IMG/VR virus record: IMGVR_UViG_3300025924_000017
Span: 1-64,000 of that record
Origin: a virus
Lineage: Duplodnaviria > Caudoviricetes
Strand: one strand, 5' to 3'
Length of the DNA stretch: 64,000 bases
How positions within the stretch are numbered: position 1 is the stretch's first letter; each line of letters opens with the position of its first letter. The notes under the pieces were generated by a model. The model was not told the DNA's origin. It saw only the letters and a program-made list of their open reading frames with translations, and ran no database searches. The position numbers and the translations under genes are program-made. This document shows positions 36,631 to 43,804 of the stretch, piece by piece.

Positions 36631-36806
36631 AGATCGCCCATTACAGCAAGAAGCTCATCTGCGCGCTCTGGGGCCACTACTGGGGCGATCCCGTCACGAT
36701 CCGATCTCTCCGTTCATGGCGCGATCTGAAGAAATGGCTCGACGACGACATGCCGCCCACGAGCTATCAGGTCTGCACCGCCTGCGGGACGAAGCAATTC
36801 CTGTAG
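36627..36806 (+). CDS. small protein (CALWGH..CTACG)
   Basis: ATGA overlap. Confidence 0.55.
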   Translation: MKIAHYSKKLICALWGHYWGDPVTIRSLRSWRDLKKWLDDDMPPTSYQVCTACGTKQFL

Positions 36807-36807
36807 G

Positions 36808-37569
36808 CTATTTCCGCTTCCGCCGCTTCGCCACTCCACGCTGGACGTTGTAGTCCTTCGCCACCCGGCAAACCAACGCCATGCTGACACGCCTGCGCGT
36901 CGCGATCTGCTCGTAGGTCTGATCGGAGTTCGCAATGGCGTTTGCGATCCCGGCACGCCGTTTCTCCGAGACCTCATAGCCGTGCGCAATTCTGCTCTCA
37001 CGGCGTTTGACGTTGAGCTTCTCATCCTTATTGAGTGCCGTCATCCGCTTCGCGGCGTCGGCTTTGCGCTTCGGGTTCTTGTATGACGCTGTGATGGCCG
37101 CGCGGTTCTTGGCAATGAAGGCTTTGTCCTTGTTCTGGGTCTTCATCCGTGCACGCGCACGCTCGCGCACCGGCTCTCGTGCATTGTAGATGTAGCGGGC
37201 GACCCAGAGTGCATCCAGTACTTTCTTGCGATACTCGGGGTCCTTCCACAATTCCTTCGACCACGCCGAAGCGCGCGCAGCGCGTTCCGCATAGGTGCTC
37301 GGCCGACCGGCGCGTTTGCGGTTTGCGCACGGGATGCACAACGATCCCTTCTTGGACTTCTTCAGGCATCCGGACCGGAACGCGCAACGCGGATTGCGGT
37401 TGACGTGAGTTCGGTAGTGCGGCGTCGCGAGCGACACCAGCCGCCATCGATTCCAGATCGCATGCTCCACCGTCCCCGAGAGGTACGGTGTGTCATCTTC
37501 GTCAAGACCGCGCTTACCGGCGCGCCATCCACTACGAAAGGCGTCGTCGTGTTGCTTCTGGGAGATCAT
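36808..37569 (-). CDS. basic protein: RMF-like N-terminus, CxxC, NUMOD3-like repeats, C-terminal HTH
   Basis: AFRSGWRAGKRG..TPY..W; repeated K/R-rich helices; QTYEQIA..VSMALVCRV. Confidence 0.6.
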   Translation of the reverse strand: MISQKQHDDAFRSGWRAGKRGLDEDDTPYLSGTVEHAIWNRWRLVSLATPHYRTHVNRNPRCAFRSGCLKKSKKGSLCIPCANRKRAGRPSTYAERAARASAWSKELWKDPEYRKKVLDALWVARYIYNAREPVRERARARMKTQNKDKAFIAKNRAAITASYKNPKRKADAAKRMTALNKDEKLNVKRRESRIAHGYEVSEKRRAGIANAIANSDQTYEQIATRRRVSMALVCRVAKDYNVQRGVAKRRKRK

Positions 37570-37889
37570 AGCTCGGTGAGGCGTCCGGCTTCGGCGTCCG
37601 CGAGCGTCTCCGCGACCCATTTGTCGAACTTTCCCTCGCGGCCGTCCGCTTCCATCTGGCGATCCCACGCGTCGTCATCCAAGCCCTCAAGGAAGGCACG
37701 CAGCCGGTCGCGCTCGCTCACACTGAGACGCCGGATTGCGTCCTCGACCTCATCGACGGTCGCGCCCCAGACCTGCGTGGGCACCGGCTTGTATCGCAGC
37801 ATGCCGAGCGCGTCCCAGAGCGTGACCTCCGGGATTGTGCGCCAGCACCGCCATGCCATACCGATCCGGTAGCGAAGGGTCCCGTTCAT
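37566..37889 (-). CDS. antitoxin-like protein (no toxin gene alongside)
   Basis: TVDEVEDAIRRL..L..F..DDDAWDRQMEAD..GKFD..LA..AGR resembles small addiction-module partners. Confidence 0.55.
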   Translation of the reverse strand: MNGTLRYRIGMAWRCWRTIPEVTLWDALGMLRYKPVPTQVWGATVDEVEDAIRRLSVSERDRLRAFLEGLDDDAWDRQMEADGREGKFDKWVAETLADAEAGRLTEL

Positions 37890-37964
37890 CGCGACACTCT
37901 ACGGCGCCGAGACTTCCGTTTCAATTCTCTGATACAGTCAGTCCGCGCTCTTTCGGCTGGTGAA

Positions 37965-38534
37965 ATGACCCAAACACTTCGAGAAGACATGCCACCGGCA
38001 ACCAATCAGGTTCGCTACTCCTTTCACAATGGTGTGTGGATCGGCCGACGTCTGTACCGGCGCAAGGGTAAGGCCTCCGTCAAATGCGTCTATTTCCGCG
38101 TCGAGTTGTTCGGCAACCTCTTCGATCTCGACGACATTCCGGTTTCGCATTTGTGCATTGCCGTCGCGGTCGCCGGGCTCCCGACGATCAATTTGGAGCA
38201 GGTCAAGCGTGCCATCAAATTCGACGTGCACAACAATCCCAACTCCATCATCGGCCCAGTCCTCCAGTCGTTGGCGGCGCTCGACCTGAAGTCGCCGACC
38301 GCAACAGCACGTCTGTTCCTCGGCAACCGCGTCCGAATGACGGATCGCGGGATGCTGCTCGATAGCATGCCGTGCTCGGAGGAGCGCTTGCTGCTGGAGG
38401 CAGAGACGTTCACACGCGAGTGCCGGATCGACGCTCGGCGCGCAGCGCAACTAGTCGGTTCTGTGCGCCCACCAGATATTCCCGCATGGACGGAAACATC
38501 GCCGCGAGCTTTCGGTTCGTCCGGCACGATCTGA
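37965..38534 (+). CDS. hypothetical protein
   Basis: 189-aa ORF, GGTG RBS. Confidence 0.55.
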   Translation: MTQTLREDMPPATNQVRYSFHNGVWIGRRLYRRKGKASVKCVYFRVELFGNLFDLDDIPVSHLCIAVAVAGLPTINLEQVKRAIKFDVHNNPNSIIGPVLQSLAALDLKSPTATARLFLGNRVRMTDRGMLLDSMPCSEERLLLEAETFTRECRIDARRAAQLVGSVRPPDIPAWTETSPRAFGSSGTI

Positions 38535-38691
38535 GCGCCAGCCGCCGCCGGTGACGGTATTGCTCGACCGGCGACAGGCTGTCGAACCACCTTGCGTATT
38601 CCACCTCCACGGCCGCGATCTCGGCCTCTTGTTCGTCTTCCGTGAGCGCGCACCAGCGCTCCCATTCCTCGGCGTCCCAGTCGTCGTCCAT
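38410..38691 (-). CDS. hypothetical protein
   Basis: GGAG RBS; MDDDWDAEEW..; overlaps the convergent ORF. Confidence 0.55.
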   Translation of the reverse strand: MDDDWDAEEWERWCALTEDEQEAEIAAVEVEYARWFDSLSPVEQYRHRRRLALRSCRTNRKLAAMFPSMREYLVGAQNRLVALRAERRSGTRV

Positions 38692-38958
38692 ATGCTTCTC
38701 CGATTCACCGGGCGCGCCATTGCGCCCATCTCCTAATCGGTAAGCGATGCGAGAACCGGAATAGCGGGCGCCCTTAAATCCCGAAAATTCCGCACGGCGC
38801 GGTCTTAAGTCCCGTTTGTTCCGCCCCGGCCCTTGTTGGACCCTATTTAGGGCCACGAAATTCCGAAGCTGAGACTCAGGTGACGCCAGTGCCGCGCAGC
38901 GGGAATCGTGGGCTGGGCACGAGTTCCGCCGGGTCCCGCGTATTTGCCGACTCGATAC

Positions 38959-39007
38959 CCGGTATTGTCCGAATTGTGTTGACATAACAGGCCGCACCTG
39001 CTACCCA
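38959..39007 (+). promoter_or_regulatory. sigma70-type promoter, probably leaderless
   Basis: TATTGTCC; TTGACA 38979-38984; GC-TACCCA; ATG 39014. Confidence 0.65.
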
Positions 39008-39013
39008 GCGCCC

Positions 39014-39292
39014 ATGAGAGCCAAAACGAGCAAGCGCAGAACAGGCCTGAATGACGCCATGCCGGACTCGCCCGTCGAGCGCGTCCGCAAGTCCCTGCCA
39101 CGCGGGGACGGGCGCTGGCCCGGCTTCGACCATGTCTATCTGAAGATCGCCGCAGCGTGCGAGCACATGGCGCAGACGGTGCTCCGGCTCAGCGACGAGC
39201 ACGTGACCGCCATGGCGATCCTCGGCTCCGGGCATGAGGAGACGATGAAGGCCGAGATGTGGCGCCTGCGTACGCGGGGGTTCGTCACGTAG
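39014..39292 (+). CDS. hypothetical protein
   Basis: Promoter-proximal ORF. Confidence 0.6.
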   Translation: MRAKTSKRRTGLNDAMPDSPVERVRKSLPRGDGRWPGFDHVYLKIAAACEHMAQTVLRLSDEHVTAMAILGSGHEETMKAEMWRLRTRGFVT

Positions 39293-39562
39293 CGCTTGAC
39301 GGCCGCCGCCGGGCATGCTCCATGATCCCGACGACGAGTTCAAAGCTTCTGCCGTCTGTCACGACACCGACCACTCGGCCGCGTCGCCTCCCTCCACGCA
39401 ACGGACGGCGCGGCCGATGTCTTTTCAGCCCCGGCGTCGCGATCTCGACGACCCCAAATCGATCCCTCACTCATTAGGCCAGCCGCGCAGCGGGCCGGTT
39501 ATGCTCCCGACCGCGAAAGTTCCATCACCCAGCCGACCCCTCGGCCGCACAGCCTATGCGCC

Positions 39563-39913
39563 CGGGATGGTTACTTTAATGAGAAAATGAGAACAGCAGG
39601 GCTGGGCTCTGCCCCATCTCTAATAGAGAAAAGGATGGTATCTTTAATGAGAAAATGAGTACTCTGAGTCAGGAGTCCGAAAGTACTCATTTCTTCATTA
39701 TTATATACATCCTTTTTCCTTACTATGGGGTATATAGAAAGGGAGTCAAATTAACCTCTCTGAGAGCCTCCGACACTGGTCGGACCGTCGCCGGACCCGA
39801 ATACTCAAATTTTCATTAAAGTAACCATCCCGAAATCGGTTAACTTCCGGTAATGTTACGTACTCAATTTCTCATTAAAACAACCATCCCGAGATCGGTT
39901 AACTTCCGGTAAT
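39563..39913. repeat. AT-rich locus with four iteron-like repeats (two direct, two inverted): candidate replication origin
   Basis: GGATGGTxxCTTTAATGAGAAAATGAG at 39563 and 39633; reverse copies inside 53-bp tandem units at 39802 and 39861 (48/53 identical). Confidence 0.7.
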
Positions 39914-40035
39914 CACTCCGAGCGCTCTGCGAGCGTCGTCGTTGGACCTTCGGTAGGCCGTTCGACCTGATATGGCAGACCCTATCCGGCTTAAGGGGCG
40001 GTATATCGGGTCAGCCGATCCGACGATCAATCTCC

Positions 40036-40246
40036 CCGGCTACCGCAGGCCCGGAGCCGAAGGCGATGGGCGAGCGAAGCGAGTTGGGGTGGTGATCTGA
40101 TTCCCCGACGATGTGGCGCACCGGCGAAGGAACGATCTGGTTCCCGGCTGCTCGACCCGGCGATCTGACCGGCTGGCGCACCAACTACTCGACCCTCTGA
40201 CCAACCGGCTACCGCAGGCCCGGAGCCGAAGGCGATGGGCGAGCGA
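40036..40246. repeat. perfect 42-bp direct repeat pair
   Basis: CCGGCTACCGCAGGCCCGGAGCCGAAGGCGATGGGCGAGCGA at 40036 and 40205. Confidence 0.9.
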
Positions 40247-40565
40247 GGCGGAGCCCGCGAGTGATCCCTACCCGAATTGGGGTGGATCGTTCCCAATCTG
40301 GGTATGACCCGGTTTCGGTTCACTTTCCAGAGTGACCCAAAAACGGTTCACCCGATATTTGCTCTGGAGCCCATATTTGCTGTGCAGCAAATATCGCCGG
40401 ATTTCACCGAATGCTGAAACGCCCGCGCCGGGTGAAATCCTGAGGTTGACTTTCCCGTACCTGAGATACGCGAAAGTCAACCGCCGGGGCGCTTCGCGAC
40501 GGTCCGTCACGATTCTTGACTTTTTACCCCTGATGTGTGATAAAGCTTGACATCACATCGCGCTT

Positions 40566-41201
40566 GTGCATAGCGCTTCGCACCCGAAAGCTCTCGTGTC
40601 CGTTCCATCACTCGCACCGCCGTATGCGGTCGCGCGCCGACCCAAGATGTTCGACCAACTGACCGTCGTGGCGGCGGTCGCCGCCAATCGCGAGGCGATC
40701 CTTGCGTGGGCTGCCAATCGTGGCTTCTCCGCCGGGGAAGAGCCCGAAGTCATTCTTGGCAACGTGGTGTCGGCGATCAGCAAGTCCGATGGCGACGAAG
40801 CGCGCGCGGCGCGGCTGATGGAGTTGGCCTTCCAGTGGAAGGTCGATGACAAGCTGCTCAGGCACTTCGAAGTCGTCAAGAAGAACATCCCCATTGCGCA
40901 TGCGATGCGCGTCCATCGCTGGGTGATCGAGACCGGTATCCGCTTCCCCGGAAGGATCGGCGATCTCATCACGTTCATGGCGAGCGACAACCACAATCGC
41001 AAGGCTCAGGTCGTCGGTCTCCTCGACCGTGACGCCAGTGCGGTCGTCAAAGGCGAAAGCGGCGCCAGCGGAATCGTTACCGCCGAAGACGTCATCGCCA
41101 ATCACACCCATCCGCTGTTGATGGTCAAAGGCCAGCCGCTTCTCGATCAGCGTCGCCCCACGTTCGGCCGCCGAGAGAGTTTGCCTGAGGAAACGTCGTG
41201 A
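40566..41201 (+). CDS. hypothetical protein
   Basis: ORF track; likely start is ATG 40647. Confidence 0.65.
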   Translation: MHSASHPKALVSVPSLAPPYAVARRPKMFDQLTVVAAVAANREAILAWAANRGFSAGEEPEVILGNVVSAISKSDGDEARAARLMELAFQWKVDDKLLRHFEVVKKNIPIAHAMRVHRWVIETGIRFPGRIGDLITFMASDNHNRKAQVVGLLDRDASAVVKGESGASGIVTAEDVIANHTHPLLMVKGQPLLDQRRPTFGRRESLPEETS

Positions 41202-41700
41202 CACGGATCGTGGGAATCGACGGGCCTCAACGGCGCGCTCGCAATGGATCGACACTGAAGACTGGTCGCTGTCGATCTTCGATATGCCGCGCGAGCCGGG
41301 ACGCGGTGACAAGAACGCGGTTTCACCGACCGGCGTGGCACAACTGCTGAACCGGCTGTGTCCGGATTACGTCTTCGTCGAAGACGTCTGGTCGAGCCCG
41401 CAGATGGGCGTGACCTCGGCATTCAACTTCGGACGCTCGCTCGGCATCGTTCTCGGCGCCGCCGCAACGTCTGCAATTCTCACGCTGGTGAAGCCGACCG
41501 AATGGAAAGCGCGCACCGGCACGCCGAAGGACAAGAACCAAGCACGCCGTCGCGCACAGCAACTTTTCCCATGCGCATTCGAAGTCTTCAAGCGTGTGAA
41601 AGACGACGGCCGCGCCGAGGGTGCGATCCTCTGTTTCTACGGTCTGTTCCTCAATCGTATGACGCCGCCAAAACCGCTGACGCTGAAAGAACACCCGTAG
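41198..41700 (+). pseudogene. RuvC-like Holliday junction resolvase, N-terminus frameshifted as sequenced
   Basis: VFVEDVW..GVTSAFNFG..PTEWK..KDDGRAEG; upstream GTG..IVGID is out of frame. Confidence 0.75.
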
Positions 41701-42059
41701 TGCGCCCGCGTATCTTCAAGACGCCCGTTCCGCCCAAGACCACTTACCTCAAAACCAAACCAAAAGCCGACGACGATGACGACGAATTTCTTTTCATGCC
41801 CAATGCTGGACCGGCTTCGTGCATGGTCGTTTGCGAGGATCGTGAGACTTCACTCACACCCATTGGTCTTCTCGATCCATCTGGCGCTCCTCTCTACCGG
41901 GTGGTTGTGCCGCTGAGTTATTCCGCAGGTTTCGGCCGCTACAACGACGTCTATGACGGCGCGACCGAGATCGCTTTCATTACCACCGAAGGCGAGTGGC
42001 GTATGGGGCAGACCTTTGCGGGTCAAATCGACGATTACGACGAAGAGTACACCGAATGA
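41700..42059 (+). CDS. hypothetical protein
   Basis: TAGTG coupling. Confidence 0.6.
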   Translation: MRPRIFKTPVPPKTTYLKTKPKADDDDDEFLFMPNAGPASCMVVCEDRETSLTPIGLLDPSGAPLYRVVVPLSYSAGFGRYNDVYDGATEIAFITTEGEWRMGQTFAGQIDDYDEEYTE

Positions 42060-42547
42060 CGACGATTGCGGTCAAAGATGGAATCATGGCGGCCGATAGC
42101 CGCTGCACCGACGATCTCGGCGCGTTTGCGACGCGCATGATCAAGGTCTTCCGGCTGGATTCCAAAGCGCTGCTGGGCTGCGCCGGTGACGCCGACTTCC
42201 GCGATGTCGTGACGCTCTTCAACAAGGCGTCCGCGAAAAAACTACCGACGCGCGCCGAACTCGCCGCGATCAAGACTGAATTCCAAGGGCTGCTGCTCTT
42301 TCCCAACGGCACGCTGTTCTTCATCGACATCACGCCCGGCGAAGGCTCCAGCAGTGAGTACAAAGGCTCGGTCGTCGAGTGCCGCGAGCGTTTCGCCGCT
42401 GTCGGCTCCGGGCAGCAGTTTGCGATGGGCGCAATGGCGGCAGGACGCGGCGCCAAACAGGCCATCGAGATCGCCTGCCGCTACGACATCCATTCCGGTC
42501 CGCCGGTCGTCGAATATCCCGTCAAACCCGTTTCCAAATCCAAGTAA
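42056..42547 (+). CDS. HslV-like Ntn peptidase
   Basis: MTTIAV..AADS..K..GCAG..AVGSG..AMGAM..AIEIA..D..SG. Confidence 0.85.
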   Translation: MTTIAVKDGIMAADSRCTDDLGAFATRMIKVFRLDSKALLGCAGDADFRDVVTLFNKASAKKLPTRAELAAIKTEFQGLLLFPNGTLFFIDITPGEGSSSEYKGSVVECRERFAAVGSGQQFAMGAMAAGRGAKQAIEIACRYDIHSGPPVVEYPVKPVSKSK

Positions 42548-42553
42548 GACATC

Positions 42554-42739
42554 ATGAACATCAAAACACTCGGCAGCTTTGCCTCTTACGGTCTTTCCCT
42601 GATCGTTTTCGCACTCGTCACGCTCACCATCACCTGCGCGCTCGGCCCCAACTTCGGCGCGGCCTTCGCCGTGCTGGCTCTCTGCCACGTGATCGGCCTC
42701 TGGGCGGTGCGCATCAAGAAAAGCAGCGCGCCTTCATGA
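42554..42739 (+). CDS. small two-TM protein
   Basis: Hydrophobic ORF. Confidence 0.6.
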   Translation: MNIKTLGSFASYGLSLIVFALVTLTITCALGPNFGAAFAVLALCHVIGLWAVRIKKSSAPS

Positions 42740-42909
42740 GGGGAATCGCACCCGCACTAATCGAAGCCGTTGCCATCTTCATTTTGTTCCTATGGCTGTT
42801 CACCGCCTGCGCGCTCGTTTTCAGCGCGTGGTGTGCACTACTGTTTGCGACGGTCGTCGGTGGTGCGTTCGGGTGGTGGCTTATCCGCATCTGGGCGACC
42901 TCGAAATAA
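42736..42909 (+). CDS. small two-TM protein
   Basis: ATGA overlap; hydrophobic. Confidence 0.6.
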   Translation: MRGIAPALIEAVAIFILFLWLFTACALVFSAWCALLFATVVGGAFGWWLIRIWATSK

Positions 42910-42912
42910 ATC

Positions 42913-43557
42913 ATGCCTGCACTCCAAAACGAACGTCACGAACTTTACTGCAAGCATCGCGCAAGAGGCTCGACGGCCAAGAAAGCCATCGTGCAGGCTG
43001 GCTGGCCTGTCGGCTCCAACGCGCATCTGGAGCTTGAGAAAGACCATGCGATTCAGGAACGCATTCGCGTCCTGACCGACGAATTCACGATTGCGCGCGA
43101 GCAGGCGCGTGTCGCTGCGATGAAAGCCGCCGAAACGGTCGGCATCATCACCGGCGTTTCCAAGGCATGGGTGATCCAGCAGCTTGCCCAGAACGCGATC
43201 AAGGCAGCGCAGGAAGGCGACTTCAAGGCGTCGAATGAAGCGACCAAATTGATCGGCGACGAATACGGCATGTTCAAGGGCGGATCGGCCGTCGAAGGCG
43301 ACGACAAGGAAGAGCCGCAGGTCGTCGATATGGCGCAGGTCGAAGGCTTGCTCAATGCCAGCGACGCGGTGGCCTCGAACGAACCGGCGCAAATCGAACA
43401 GCGTCCGGAGGTCAATCTCGAACTCTTGGAGCGCATGATCGGCAACCGCGCCAAGAACGCGGTCACCGCCAAGGATCGCGAACTCCCGCCAAACCCCGAA
43501 ACCGATGTCGCGATGAGCGATGCCGCCGAGATCGACGACGAGGACGAAGAACCATGA
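42913..43557 (+). CDS. probable terminase small subunit
   Basis: N-terminal HTH-like ERHELYC..AIVQAG; lies upstream of TerL. Confidence 0.65.
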   Translation: MPALQNERHELYCKHRARGSTAKKAIVQAGWPVGSNAHLELEKDHAIQERIRVLTDEFTIAREQARVAAMKAAETVGIITGVSKAWVIQQLAQNAIKAAQEGDFKASNEATKLIGDEYGMFKGGSAVEGDDKEEPQVVDMAQVEGLLNASDAVASNEPAQIEQRPEVNLELLERMIGNRAKNAVTAKDRELPPNPETDVAMSDAAEIDDEDEEP

Positions 43558-43679
43558 TGGCCGTAGCCCGCGCGCTTGCGTTCCTTTTCATCTTCAAGGT
43601 CGTCTGCCTTGGAGCGCTCGCCATCATCACCGGCTTCACCCTCGGTGTCTGGATTCGCCGCCGCTTCTTCCGCAGATGA
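43554..43679 (+). CDS. small membrane peptide
   Basis: ATGA overlap; hydrophobic with basic tail. Confidence 0.5.
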   Translation: MMAVARALAFLFIFKVVCLGALAIITGFTLGVWIRRRFFRR

Positions 43680-43792
43680 ACGCCGACCAGATCGTCAACG
43701 CTCTGGTCTTCGGCGCCGTCTTTCTCGTCATCCGGGTCGGCTACGTGCTCGCCGTTCTCCTCGCCTCGGTTCTGGCACGCTTCTACGACTGA
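43676..43792 (+). CDS. small membrane peptide
   Basis: ATGA overlap; MNADQIVNALVFG.. Confidence 0.5.
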   Translation: MNADQIVNALVFGAVFLVIRVGYVLAVLLASVLARFYD

Positions 43793-43804
43793 TCAACAGC
43801 TTTC

